Positions 10,515 through 21,466 of a stretch of 64,000 nt of DNA are shown here, piece after piece. Every line of letters starts with the position of its first letter. The first letter of the stretch is position 1. The position numbers were made by a program, and so were the translations under genes. The notes under the pieces were generated by a model. The model had not been told where the DNA came from and did no database searches. It saw only the letters and a program-made list of their open reading frames with translations. The DNA is from Naegleria gruberi (Eukaryota), in the NCBI GenBank assembly GCA_000004985.1, contig GG738901.1. The stretch is one strand, 5' to 3'.

Positions 10515-11119
10515 ATGAGAGAAAGTGGCGTAGTAAGTATTTGCATCTTGTGAAAACAATCTCACAAACTGTCTTTCTCATTACCCAAATGGTTTCTAAT
10601 ATACTTTCGAATAATAACAATATCGTTTTGTGATGATCATTATTAATAGGCTTATCTTCTTTGGTTAGGTTGTTGTATTGGATTCTTCGGTTTGCACCGT
10701 TTCTATTTGGACTCTGTCATTTTGGGTGTCATCTGGTTCTGTACTGCTGGTTTGTTCGGCTTTGGTCAATTGATTGATCTTAGTAAGTAATCTTATTTCT
10801 AATATATGATGATTTAACCATTATCTATTACTCACACTAACACACATTCCAACTTTCTCTGTTACGAAAATCAACTTTCGAATAACAATTTAATTCTAAA
10901 GTCCTCATCCCAGGTATGGTCGATGAATGTAACCGTAAATATGGTACTCCACAAGTTACCACTGCTGTTACCAACGTAACAACTTATCAAACTCAACCAC
11001 AAGTCCAACAACCATACGTCCCACCACAACAAGCATATTATCCACCACAACAAGGTTATGTTCCTCCACAACAAGGATATGCTCAACAACCTGCTGTTAA
11101 TGTTTATGTTCAACAATAA
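10515..11119 (+). CDS. TM2-domain protein with a Gln/Pro/Tyr-rich C-terminal tail (118 aa). Predicted three exons, join(10515..10532,10650..10782,10914..11119).
   Basis: Exon 1 is ATGAGAGAAAGTGGCGTA, followed by a GTAAGT donor. Intron 1 is 117 nt and ends ...TTAATAG. Exon 2 encodes [44 protein letters not shown], which carries the TM2-domain signature (W..G..GxHRFYLG) across two hydrophobic helices. Intron 2 is 131 nt (GTAAGT...TCCCAG). Exon 3 is the PQY-rich ORF 10916..11119, which on its own lacks any upstream context. Confidence 0.55.
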
Positions 11120-11769
11120 ATATTATTAAATAATTTTAATTATGATGATGAAATATTGTTTTGTTTCGAATAGTGCTAAAGAAGACTAATGGATTGTGAA
11201 GAAAAGTTAAGAAGGGTGATGATGGATCCATCAGAATATACAATAAAAAATGATGTTAAGAAGGAGAGCAGAAGATGAGTTGCAACTCTCAGCAACCATC
11301 ATCAAGGTTGAAAATCTCCAAACAGATCCCAAGTAAGTTTATTGCTTTATTCGAAAGTTGCCAACAACCCACATCAACAGCTCTGTCTATGCCATCCTAA
11401 CTTTCAATCAGGTCCAAAAGAAAGTTTCAACAGCCGACAAAAACCTCGAAGGAAAGAATAGTTACGAATGGTCTGACAATAACAATGTGCTCTTCAAGGA
11501 AATTCCAGAATTTTGCAATGAAAGACTCAAAATTGAAGTGAGGGATAAACAATCGGATAAGTTAATGTAAGGATTTTATGGATCTCAACTTATCTAATCA
11601 AATTGATTTATTTCATTACTATATTATTAATTGATATGATTTTAATGTCGTGCAATGATCATCATCATCAGGAATTAATTTATTATTTTAATTGATGATG
11701 ATCAAATTTATTTCCGAATGATCGATCAATTGAATGTAATATTAATAATAATAATACTATGTATTGATA

Positions 11770-12480
11770 ATGATGAAAATGGATATATATTGGAAAATTA
11801 GAGGAATGACCACAACCTCACTTGAATCATTACCAAAGAATTTGGAAATTACACGTAAACTCAAACTCTACGATACCAAGAATGCAGTTGTTCACTTGAG
11901 GATGAAAGCAATTGGATTTGGAGTTGAGCAACGTTTGTTTGAGGTTCACTCTAAAATAATGCCCTTCCTCAGATCTATTCACACACCAACTGATGCCATG
12001 AGAAATGTTGTCATTATTCCAATGACAATGGAGAATTTCTTTGGATTGGAGCCAGCTATTGAGGCATTGAAGAAGATTAGAGAGAGAAGTTCTCCAGTGG
12101 CTACTCATGCTCTCTTTCCAGTCTTGTTGATTTTCCCTGGAAAGTATTTAGTGAGAGAGACCATTAAATTGACAGCTGCTTTGAATGGTTTGGTAATTTT
12201 TGGAATTACTGACAGTAAAGATAGTAGAGTTGAAATTATTCCATACAAGAAGAGTGAACCAATATTTGATTTATCAGTTGATGTGAATATTATTCACATG
12301 CATGGGTTGACTTTTGAGGCAGATAGTTTGTGTGTTAAGGCAATTAATCCAACAACTAAATTGGAAGCCTACTCGTGTGATTTATCAAAGATTTGGCCAC
12401 CTAATAGTAGTGTTGCTGATATTGTAAATTATGAATTCTTTGGAGAGGAAAATATGGACGAAGAAGAAGGTTTCTACTAG
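11770..12480 (+). CDS. Hypothetical protein (236 aa) of unrecognised family.
   Basis: The long ORF has no antisense competitor. The listed start at 11764 is TTG, and the first ATG is at 11770. The composition is globular-like. Confidence 0.55.
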   Translation: MMKMDIYWKIRGMTTTSLESLPKNLEITRKLKLYDTKNAVVHLRMKAIGFGVEQRLFEVHSKIMPFLRSIHTPTDAMRNVVIIPMTMENFFGLEPAIEALKKIRERSSPVATHALFPVLLIFPGKYLVRETIKLTAALNGLVIFGITDSKDSRVEIIPYKKSEPIFDLSVDVNIIHMHGLTFEADSLCVKAINPTTKLEAYSCDLSKIWPPNSSVADIVNYEFFGEENMDEEEGFY

Positions 12481-12656
12481 TAATATAAAAATTGTAATTG
12501 TATTACATGTCATTTCTTAACATTTTTATCTTGATCCAGTTAACTTTGTAAACCATTCAATAGAAGTCAATTAGACCTTCAAGTGTCAGAAGAAGATCAA
12601 TAGTAATCAAACTTAGTTCCAACTTCCTTAATTTACAATTTTCAAACTTTAAAAAA

Positions 12657-14180
12657 ATGCTTTCAAACAACCTTCCCTCCACAGATGTCTCCACTCAATC
12701 AGTAGCAGCAGCAACAACAACTCTTCCGAATGGTTATTCTCGGGAGTGGCCAATCATCGTTGAAAATTTACAGAAAATTGCAAATAGAGAAAAAGTGTTT
12801 GGATCGATTGCAGCTTGGATTGAATTTGTAAAGGATTTGGATCAGAAAATTGTTGATGATTGTATGAATAATAATCGTGATGATGACGATGATGGTAGTG
12901 TTCAAGAAGTTTCCAGATCAACTGATTATCACTTTAGAAATTTATCATTCCTTTATAAAAAGATGAATATTTCGGACAAGAAGGAAGCAAAAGAACATTC
13001 ATTGATGAGTGAGAAGGAATTTATGGAAAAGGTTGTTCCAAAGATTGCTCAGTGGATTTTGGATTTGGAAAGAGAGTTTCCAAGTGGAAAAATTCCAGTC
13101 TTGATGATGAATGCATCTGGTGTTGTGAGATTGACCAAGAGACAGATCAGGTCGATTATGAGTTGTGCATTTTGTTGTTTATTCAGAGAAAGAGGAGATG
13201 TATCAAAGAAAAATATGGGTGTTTTCGAGTTTGGATTATTCTGGAGTGTTGCTTCACAAAATTTCCTAATGTCATTATTTCACTATTTTGAGAGGATGTA
13301 TAAATTAGACAATGATAGCTCAACAAGCAGTTCTTTGGATGAAATAATTTTATTTGAAAGGAAGGTTTTAAAGAACAATTATAGGCGATTCATAGAAGAG
13401 GAAATTTGCAAGAGTCAACAAAAGATGTGCCCTTTATTATTCAAACAAGGAAAGATTCAAGATAATCTTAATCACTTGATGGTTGATTTTGCAAATTGTA
13501 TGATTGGTGGACATGTGCTCGGTGGTGCAGTTGCACAAGAAGAGATTTTATTTGTTGAATGTCCAGAGCTTTTTGCATCCATTTTAATTTGCCCTCAAAT
13601 GCAAGTTCATGAAACTATTAAGTTCACAGGATTTGAGAGATATTCAAATTTGAAAGGATACATTAAGAGTATGACTTATGAGACCTATCTAGACAATCAA
13701 CCAGTAATCGAGAACGTAAGAAAGAATCAACTAATTGCTATGGATGCTCTGCAAGGAGTGGGAATTTTCCAATTCCAAAAAGAATTCATTCTTAGAGAAA
13801 TATTCAAAACCACCTGTGCTTTCACATCAAAAGAGAATGATTTCCTCAAAGATTCATCATCTGATTTACCAACATTAGAAAACGAACCTATTGCAAGTGG
13901 ATTCTGGGGCTGTGGAATGTTTGGAGGTGATAAGCAATTGAAAACAATCATTCAATGGTTGAGTGCTACTTTATGTAATAGACCTTCTCTAACTATTCAT
14001 CTCTTTTCACCTGAGGATGAGAAAATTGAACAAGATTTCAACACAAAAATACTTCCATTAATTGTGGAGAAGGAGTTAAGTCTTGGTCAAGTTGCAGATG
14101 CATTACTCAACACTTACCAATCAGTTAGAAAAACAACATCTTTTTCAATTTTTGAATTTCTTCATCAAAACTTCAAATAA
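12657..14180 (+). CDS. PARG: Poly(ADP-ribose) glycohydrolase (PARG), 507 aa.
   Basis: The PARG catalytic signature is present as VDFANCMIGGHVLGGAVAQEEILFVECPEL. This matches the Gly-rich loop followed by QEE. A conserved ...GFERYSNLKGY... block follows. Confidence 0.85.
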   Translation: MLSNNLPSTDVSTQSVAAATTTLPNGYSREWPIIVENLQKIANREKVFGSIAAWIEFVKDLDQKIVDDCMNNNRDDDDDGSVQEVSRSTDYHFRNLSFLYKKMNISDKKEAKEHSLMSEKEFMEKVVPKIAQWILDLEREFPSGKIPVLMMNASGVVRLTKRQIRSIMSCAFCCLFRERGDVSKKNMGVFEFGLFWSVASQNFLMSLFHYFERMYKLDNDSSTSSSLDEIILFERKVLKNNYRRFIEEEICKSQQKMCPLLFKQGKIQDNLNHLMVDFANCMIGGHVLGGAVAQEEILFVECPELFASILICPQMQVHETIKFTGFERYSNLKGYIKSMTYETYLDNQPVIENVRKNQLIAMDALQGVGIFQFQKEFILREIFKTTCAFTSKENDFLKDSSSDLPTLENEPIASGFWGCGMFGGDKQLKTIIQWLSATLCNRPSLTIHLFSPEDEKIEQDFNTKILPLIVEKELSLGQVADALLNTYQSVRKTTSFSIFEFLHQNFK

Positions 14181-14329
14181 AATCCAGAACTTGACTAATT
14201 TCAAATAGTAATCCTGTCAACTAAATCAATAAAACTAATTTACCAAATGGTATTAACAAAACCAAAGCACTTTAAAAAAGAAAACAAGTGCAGAATGTTT
14301 CTTGATATTAAAACACAAAATTACAACCG

Positions 14330-14402
14330 CCCCACGTGGGGCTCGAACCCACGACCGTTGGATTAAAAGTCCAACGCTCTACCGACTGAGCTAGCAGGGC
14401 TG
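14330..14402 (-). tRNA. tRNA-Lys(UUU).
   Basis: The minus strand reads GCCCTGC-TA-GCTC-AGTCGGTA-GAGC-G-TTGGA-CTTTTAA-TCCAA-CGGTC-GTGGG-TTCGAGC-CCCAC-GTGGGGC-G. All four stems pair, with two G-U pairs in the acceptor stem. The anticodon is TTT. No CCA is encoded. A T-rich stretch lies downstream. Confidence 0.9.
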
Positions 14403-14479
14403 CTCATCAAAAATATCAAAGAAATTTACAAATAATACCCCATCCCTTTAGAGCTCCTAGGAGCCAAATTCCAAAGTTC

Positions 14480-15281
14480 ATGATGAAAACCAACAGTAAA
14501 AAAATGAAAACAAGGCTAGATAGATTAAATCTTATTCGTTGGTCTGATGAGGCAGAACGATTTGAGGGTTTGTTATTCTCCAAACAATGGTTTGCAAATA
14601 ATTATTAAAGATCTTATAAAATTTACAAAAAAATCAATTATTGAAATTCTTGATTCCGATTTGCCGATCCCAACCAAAGAGGAGAGAAATTGGATTGGTG
14701 GTTGTTTTAAAAGAACCATACCTGCAAAGATATGTTCCTATCGATCAATAAGAGTTCTACAACAACGAGAACAGAATGCCTCTTCTTCTCCTCATCATAG
14801 ACAATTAATTGATGATTATTTATTCAAAATTGCAAAAGAAATTATTGATGATTCAACGGAAATGATTGGATTAATAGATGAAATATTAAAGAGGGATTTA
14901 TTGGATGATGAGGATCGTTTATATTATTGCCACCTTAAAGGAGATTACTACAAAATGTTGTTTGCTATTGATGGGGAACAAGACAAGTGGAAGTTGTTGT
15001 ATTGTCAGAGTTTTGAGGATGGTAGAGATTCGTTGGAGAAGGTATCTCCTCTTAATGTTATTGGATTGAGGACGTCTCTTGCTGCCTCTGTATTCTACTA
15101 TGAAGTGATGAATGATCAGGAAAAAGCAGTTGAAATTGCAAAATCAGCATTCAACGCTGCTGTTCCTTTATTTGATGAATTGGATGAGGAAGTTACCAGT
15201 GAAATTTTGATGTTACTGCAAATGTTGAGGGATAACTTGACGCTGTGGACTTTTTCAGAAGAGCCAGATGAAGAAGATTAA
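14480..15281 (+). CDS. 14-3-3 protein (252 aa) in two exons, join(14480..14567,14611..15281). The intron runs 14568..14610 (43 nt, GTTTGT...TTAAAG).
   Basis: Exon 1 (MMKTNSKKMKTRLDRLNLIRWSDEAERFE) supplies the conserved N-terminal AEQAERY(D/E) helix in a different frame from the listed ORF. After splicing, the protein matches 14-3-3 along its length: EERN..., the RSS/R region, YYCHLKGDYYKML, and C-terminal LMLLQMLRDNLTLWT. Confidence 0.8.
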
Positions 15282-15800
15282 GGTTCTAAAGAACATTGTA
15301 TGCTGGTAAGAGTATTGTATTTACTTGAATGACAGAGTATTAATTTACATGCCATTTGGAAAAATTATGTAATGTTGTTGGAAGTATTAAGGGATGTATG
15401 CACACAACAGCAGGAATAATATTCACGATTAGATTATCTAGCATGCAGAGCTCTATTGCATTGTTAAATTGTAGATGGACGTATCGTTGTATACAGTAAG
15501 GGAGAGGATGATTCATTTCGATTAGATAAAGGATAGGTTCGTTGTTGGTGTTCCTACATTCAAAGTGACAGTCAAATTGAAATAGGATATTATCAGAATG
15601 TAATTGTTCCTATTTTGAAGTGAGAGAGTTCTCTGCTGAGTACTTCCTATTATTGGTTGCGTGGATGCAAAAACTCCAATAATTAAAGTGATGTCCACCA
15701 GTTGATAATAGTTTCTAATGTTCTTCTATTGTCATGAAGTTTGTTTGCAATTCAACTGATGTATTTTATGGTGTTACAGACAAGATAAGAGACGGCCTGA

Positions 15801-16595
15801 TTATTGTTTGGTCAATTGAATTATTTGCTGAACAACACTGGCAACATCTTTTTCTTGGTTATCTACCACTACTAATTTGGCATTCTTAATTGTTGGATTA
15901 ATTGTGAGTTCAAGAGTTTCGAATTGACTAGGAATTAAACTACTATTCATAAAGTGTGCAGAACGATTTTCTAATCTATCCTGTGCTTCGTTTTGAGAAA
16001 TGGACAAGTTGACAAATAGCCAGTTGATATCCAAATTAACATTGTGTTGAATTGGCTTATCCAGAAGTTCCTCCTCATTTTCACATAGTTGTGCGTCACC
16101 CAACACAAGTAATTCTCTATAAATATTCTTCAAAGCACTACAAGAAACCACCACAATCTTCCTATTCGAATGTTTAATCTCATTCATAATTTGTAAATGA
16201 ATGGCCAATAACCAAGGTCGTCTATCCTGATCATTCAATGGAATTCCCTTTGCCATTTTCTCCACATTACTCTTTGAATGAAATTTGTCTCCCTCCAAGA
16301 AACAACACTCTCCACCACATTCGTTTAAATATTGAGTCAAAGCCTCTCCAATCGTCGATTTGCCACAACCACAAACTCCAAACAATACAATCACCAAATA
16401 TTTATCATCATTTACTCTTTCATCAGTATTTAAAACATTTTCAGAAGAAGTAAATTGATTCAAATTTTTATCACTCATCATCATACAACCAGAATCAAAG
16501 CCTTGAAGTTGTTGTTTATCTTCCATTCCGACGCAATTTTCTTGCTGTGCTGCGGCCAAAGATTTTGTGTTTCCTTGTGTAAGCAAATTGTTCAT
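15801..16595 (-). CDS. Gluconokinase (GntK/IdnK family P-loop kinase) with an N-terminal extension.
   Basis: The P-loop is VLFGVCGCGKSTIG. The GntK hallmarks are FHSKSNVEKMAKGIPLNDQDRRPWL and VVVSCSALKNIYRELL. The listed start at 16718 is TTG. The first ATG is at 16595 (plus-strand cat at 16593-16595). Confidence 0.75.
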   Translation of the reverse strand: MNNLLTQGNTKSLAAAQQENCVGMEDKQQLQGFDSGCMMMSDKNLNQFTSSENVLNTDERVNDDKYLVIVLFGVCGCGKSTIGEALTQYLNECGGECCFLEGDKFHSKSNVEKMAKGIPLNDQDRRPWLLAIHLQIMNEIKHSNRKIVVVSCSALKNIYRELLVLGDAQLCENEEELLDKPIQHNVNLDINWLFVNLSISQNEAQDRLENRSAHFMNSSLIPSQFETLELTINPTIKNAKLVVVDNQEKDVASVVQQIIQLTKQ

Positions 16596-17494
16596 TTTTT
16601 TTAAATGGAAAAAAAGATTTGGAGGGAAAATCTGCAAATTAGCACAAACTACAAATGCAAGCAATTTCCAAACTAATGAAATTTGTTTCCATTCAAAGGT
16701 TTGGTTACAATGAAACAATATGATTTTGATACTTACAAAGAATAGTTTGTACGATGTTACACTAAAGGCAATTTGTTAATTATTTATCTTATTCGAAAGG
16801 CAAGGTGCTAGGGGAAGGAGTCCTTGACAAAAAGAAAGTTTATATCACCACTCGTTTCGTCTTAATGAACCTTAAAATTTGTTTACAATAAACTATTCGA
16901 AACTGCAGAACCCTGCTTCATACAAAGCATACTCAAATTATACTCCAACTAAATAAAGTCAGAGAATGTTTCTTGTATCATACCCAAGAATCAACACAAT
17001 AACGCACTGAAGTTACAACTGCGGCCTATTTCAGTACAAGGTCCCAACTTGCCAAGACATTAAACGAAACTATTCGAAAGGGTAGATAAGGCAACCACTG
17101 CATATTACTGCTAAAACATCCTTTTTTACAATCCTTAAAACTCGACATTGACACATTGATCCAGATTTAATGTTGACTTTTCAACAATTCCGCTAATAGA
17201 AGTGATGCATAATGCATTCGGATAGTTTCATTGAGTTGCAAACTTTAAATTATTTAAAAAAGAGCAATAGGAATCTGCAGCACTTTCTTTTATCATCATC
17301 ATTTCCTACAACATTGTAGTTTTGTCTACAACCACCAATAAACTAAACAGAACTATTGTAGACGAAACAAAAAGAACACAAAATTCCACAACAACTCCAC
17401 CAACACAATTTACCTAATTTTGAAATCATCATCAACACATTTTCCCTCCTTTCCAGAGATTTTGAAATTTACAGTCAACACTTTTTACTAAAAA

Positions 17495-20122
17495 ATGTTT
17501 GGTTTCACAAGTGAATCGAGGTCTAATAGCAATGAGGATGGTGGATTTGTTTCACCTGCCAAGATTCGTTCTCAACAACAGTCGGCTTCAGTTTCGTCTA
17601 GTCATTCGAATACAATGATTCAGAATTTACCGACCACTTCGAATACACATGCACTTGATGGAGGAGACATACAAGACATGATGCATTCACCAAGATTTGA
17701 GGAAGATGAAGTGGACTACAGAGGTAAAGCTAGAGATTCGAATAATGATGATGAAATTAATCAATACGAAATTTCAATACCTGTTAGTGCGATTGTATTG
17801 AATACTTCATTTACTCCGATTTTGGTTACTAATCAATCCAATTCCACAAATTTACTTTCGAATAATCAACAATTTATGAATGTATCAGGTTTATCAAATA
17901 ATTCTTCAAATCAGTCAGCATCTGGTTCTGGTCAACTCAATTTATTCGAAAGTTCAACTTCTCAAAAACCAAGACCACAATCAGCTAGATACTGTAACTC
18001 ATCCATTTCTTCAATTGTTCTAGCGATGAATCCACCAACACCTCCACAAGGAGAAATTCAACAAAACAAATTGTTGGCCGTTTCTAATATTGAAAATTCA
18101 TTTAATAATTCTGGAAATTCATTACTGTCAAGTCAAAACTCTGCATGCAGTGGAGCTCATACAACATCTTCAATTATTTCGAATAAGGGAAGTGGAACTG
18201 GAAGTAATGGAGAAAGTGGATGGACCATGACGAAACAGCAACGAGAAAGGTTTCAACATGTGGAAAAATTGAGAAGTAAATTATTCGAAAGTATGGAAAC
18301 AATGAATTGGTTGAATGAGAAGGCATCATCCTCCAAACATGCAGATCAGAAAAACTCAGTTGAAGTCAAGAAACAGAAATTTGTGATGGAATGTGTGAGC
18401 AAACTCAAGTTTTTGGATGAATTCTACGATGCCCTCAATGGGAGAGTGAGAACATTTGATTGTGTGAGGGATGTGGTCGAGGCTCTTGATAATTTCTGTT
18501 CAAATATTCTCAGTTTTTCACATGAAAAGTTTGGATATATTAGGAGTCAAGAATCAAATGGTTCTTCCTCCTCAAGAAAATCCATTCGAATGACAACCTC
18601 CACTGGGTTGAGTACTGTTTCAGTGGGTGAAAAGAAGAGTGGAAGTGGCAATTTACTGACCGGAGCCTTGAGTAGAGATCCCAGCTCTGAAGATATGGGC
18701 AGCGGTTCACCACTCACAACTACAGCCCTATTGAAATCATCCCTAGATAATAATATCAACGAGTTGGCCAATGCAATGGAGCAAAACAAACTCTCACCTT
18801 GTTTTCAACATGAGAGGTTGAGAGATTTTATTATTGGTATTTGGTTAGAATTGACCAAATGTGATAATAACGAGAACAAATTGAATACACTTTTGAATAC
18901 CAAGATCAAACGATCAGTTGTTGACTCTGAGAGAATCAACAATACATTTAATAACTCTAGGAGAAATTCCACTAATTTGACATCACTTTTGCAATCTACT
19001 GAAGATTCAAGTCTCTCCCTGTTCAATTCTTCATTGGTGAGGAAGGAATCAGTAAAGACCCTCGAAAAGATCCTCATCATTGAAGAAAACCTTGGAGAAA
19101 AGCTTTCTAACGATATTAGAATTTTGACCGACATGTTCCTCACTGAAATGGATGATATTCTTGCTGTATTCCACGATAAGCAGGTAAAGTTTATCAGATC
19201 GTGGTATAATGAAGCTCTAGATAAATGCTTACTCCCATTCCACTCACTGAATGCAATGAAGAAGAGAAAGGAATGCCTCAAGGGATTGAAAACAGATCAC
19301 ACACTCAGTGAGGAGGATTTCGCTCTCAAGTATGTCATTGAGAAGGATTGGAAGTTTTTAGATAGACTTTGTGAATATACTCCAGATTGGAAAATTGTAA
19401 GCAAGAATCTTCCACTTGTCTCTGCATGGACATCTAACGAAAACTATAGCAACATTTCTGATATGAGGTTGACCAAGTTTGTTGGCTATTTTGACTGTTC
19501 GATTGAGAATGCAACAAGAGCACTGAGTCACGATGTATCACTAGAAAAGATTTACAATAACAGAGTTGTGTGGCATGAGTATAGTAAGCCAAGCATGTCA
19601 AGCTCTCTCGAAAAGTTTCCAACTGCGCTCATGTCTTGTGTGAATGAAACAAGTGGTCTACACAAGAAACAATCAATGGAATTGGTAATTTCAGGAAAGA
19701 CCAAATTCATTGGTAATGAATCCACTACAGAGCTAGTCGAGTCATGCTTTTGTTTCAAGTCATGTAACATCTTGAAAGGCAATAATTCAAAGGACTCGGA
19801 TTCCTCACGTTTCATCTCAATCGGTGCCAGATATATAACCAAAGTTGACAATAACAGAATTAGAGTTATGGAAGTGAGATTTAGTAGAATTGCAGGATTT
19901 TTGAAAAAGACCTTCCTCTTTTCTATCAATATGAAAAAGGAGATGGGTTTATTCTATACATCTCTGATTGAAATTTTTACAGGAGAAGAAGAGAAAGGTT
20001 TCCCACTTGCCTCTACAAGTAATAATCTAATGAAAGTCATTTGCGACTACGCAAGAACGTATTGCCATGTGGATTTTGGTATGAAATACTCACATAGCGA
20101 GGATGAAATTCCAGTCATTTAA
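17495..20122 (+). CDS. Hypothetical protein (875 aa). The N-terminal third is Ser/Asn-rich and low complexity. The C-terminal half is globular with no recognised family.
   Basis: The ORF runs uninterrupted for 2.6 kb from the ATG at 17495. Only short antisense ORFs fall inside it. Confidence 0.6.
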   Translation: MFGFTSESRSNSNEDGGFVSPAKIRSQQQSASVSSSHSNTMIQNLPTTSNTHALDGGDIQDMMHSPRFEEDEVDYRGKARDSNNDDEINQYEISIPVSAIVLNTSFTPILVTNQSNSTNLLSNNQQFMNVSGLSNNSSNQSASGSGQLNLFESSTSQKPRPQSARYCNSSISSIVLAMNPPTPPQGEIQQNKLLAVSNIENSFNNSGNSLLSSQNSACSGAHTTSSIISNKGSGTGSNGESGWTMTKQQRERFQHVEKLRSKLFESMETMNWLNEKASSSKHADQKNSVEVKKQKFVMECVSKLKFLDEFYDALNGRVRTFDCVRDVVEALDNFCSNILSFSHEKFGYIRSQESNGSSSSRKSIRMTTSTGLSTVSVGEKKSGSGNLLTGALSRDPSSEDMGSGSPLTTTALLKSSLDNNINELANAMEQNKLSPCFQHERLRDFIIGIWLELTKCDNNENKLNTLLNTKIKRSVVDSERINNTFNNSRRNSTNLTSLLQSTEDSSLSLFNSSLVRKESVKTLEKILIIEENLGEKLSNDIRILTDMFLTEMDDILAVFHDKQVKFIRSWYNEALDKCLLPFHSLNAMKKRKECLKGLKTDHTLSEEDFALKYVIEKDWKFLDRLCEYTPDWKIVSKNLPLVSAWTSNENYSNISDMRLTKFVGYFDCSIENATRALSHDVSLEKIYNNRVVWHEYSKPSMSSSLEKFPTALMSCVNETSGLHKKQSMELVISGKTKFIGNESTTELVESCFCFKSCNILKGNNSKDSDSSRFISIGARYITKVDNNRIRVMEVRFSRIAGFLKKTFLFSINMKKEMGLFYTSLIEIFTGEEEKGFPLASTSNNLMKVICDYARTYCHVDFGMKYSHSEDEIPVI

Positions 20123-20596
20123 CTAAACTAATTTTTTATTGAACTGAATATTTACAATTTTTCCAATAAGAATAAGGATGTGTTGCGTGTGGAAAGACAA
20201 TTGTTCTGACATAGACGAATTGTGAAACTGTCTTAATTCCATTTCCAATAAACAATGAAGTGGATCTTCAGGAGCCTTTTCTTAAGAGAATGTCAGAATA
20301 TTCATGGTTTCTCAGTAGTGGCTATATATTGATAAAATTGAAATCTTCATCTAAAACACGTAAACAATGGATCATATTAGTATTGTAAAATACTTGTTCC
20401 GATATTTATTGTTTTTGCCTCATCACTCGAGTTAAGAATGGATTGTAAAGAAATCGAGAGGGAAACTGAAACAACAAAAAAAATACCTCAACTCGGTTTG
20501 TCAACACAGCTTGTAAGGAATCCAATCAAGGCTAAAGTCTTGCATTATCAACTTGTCAATTCAGTCTTTGAAATCATTTCGTCCACCTCACTACTC

Positions 20597-20740
20597 GAAA
20601 GAAGGCTAATTAACAATCACACAATCTTTCATTATTTCACTGATTCAAAGAAGGCTTCATTACTATCATCATACAATCTTCACTAATAGAAAGAAGGCTT
20701 CGTTTAACTACAATTCTCAACAAATTATCACAAGAAGCCA
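20597..20740 (+). promoter_or_regulatory. Four roughly phased copies of (G/A)AAAGAAGGCT(T/A) at ~40-50-bp spacing, just upstream of the ATG at 20778.
   Basis: AGAAGGCT starts at 20600, 20649 and 20692, and the AAGAAGCC variant at 20732. Each copy is preceded by an AAAG-like tail (cgaaag, caaag, tagaaag, tcacaag). The short ORF 20438..20686 overlaps this region and is probably not coding. Confidence 0.3.
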
Positions 20741-20777
20741 CATTACAATTTAAAATCGCCAGGTGCTATTATAGATC

Positions 20778-21362
20778 ATGGAAGACATACAGAAATTCCT
20801 ACTATCTACTCAATCAAACAATGAATTAGTAATAGAAACATTGAAAGACAGAATCAAAGAACTGGAAGCTAAACTCCCAAACAATGATCTTCTTATGGAG
20901 AATGCTCTTTTAAAGCAATCTAATGCAAACCTCAAACAACAATATGTGTTACTTTCCGATAAAATAGCAAACATGAACACCATGTTAGAACCACTTTCAA
21001 ATCCCTTATCATCTTTGGGCTCAGGTAGTAAACCTTTAAAGAAACTGACTCTTGCAGAGGCATTACTAAAAGAAAATATTGCTCCATTCAGAGGTGAATT
21101 GGCTGATGTTTTAGTCCCTCCACAAAGGAGAGAACGTCTTAGACATTGTGATTTTAATCCTGAAAATTGTTGTACATCCCTTCGTGAATACTGTAACAAG
21201 GCAACAGAAATCATGGGAGAAAGGATTTATTTTCCTGGTGAAGAATCTGAAAAGAAGAAGACTAAAAAGAAGTCTGTAAAGAGAAAGAAAGATGGTACTG
21301 AATCAGATGAAGAATCAGATAAGAAGAAGACTTCCAAAAAGAAGTCTGTAAAGAAAAAGTAA
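20778..21362 (+). CDS. Coiled-coil protein with a Lys-rich C-terminus (194 aa).
   Basis: ATG at 20778. The N-terminal half is a heptad-like coiled coil. The C-terminus carries KKKTKKKSVKRKK...KKKTSKKKSVKKK repeats, possibly for nucleic-acid binding. A repeated promoter-like motif lies upstream. Confidence 0.5.
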   Translation: MEDIQKFLLSTQSNNELVIETLKDRIKELEAKLPNNDLLMENALLKQSNANLKQQYVLLSDKIANMNTMLEPLSNPLSSLGSGSKPLKKLTLAEALLKENIAPFRGELADVLVPPQRRERLRHCDFNPENCCTSLREYCNKATEIMGERIYFPGEESEKKKTKKKSVKRKKDGTESDEESDKKKTSKKKSVKKK

Positions 21363-21466
21363 ATGGCGTTCAAGAACAAATACCTTGACTTTTTACAATA
21401 ATAAACACTGTCACTTAAAGTTTTTTCTCAATTTCCAGCATTGATTGGAAATTAAGAGTAAAAAAA

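Noticed and set aside
11358-11570. The 70-aa ORF has a faint C2-domain-like pattern (...KKVSTADKNLEG...LKIEVRDKQSDKL). A possible upstream exon starts at the ATG at 11276 with a GTAAGT donor.
   Set aside because: The tracked start is TTG. No phase-compatible splice from the upstream ATG exon could be found. The C2 resemblance is too weak to call a feature.
18547-19929. Minus-strand ORFs (80-158 aa) lie inside the 875-aa plus-strand CDS. Similar short antisense ORFs lie inside 21467..25864, 33240..39423, 39583..42039 and 43741..46563.
   Set aside because: They are embedded antisense to long, well-supported CDSs and have no start context or family signal.
20438-20686. The 82-aa ORF 20438..20686 lies upstream of the 20778 gene.
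   Set aside because: Its reading frame runs through the tandem AGAAGGCT promoter-like repeats. It more likely reflects the repeat than a gene.
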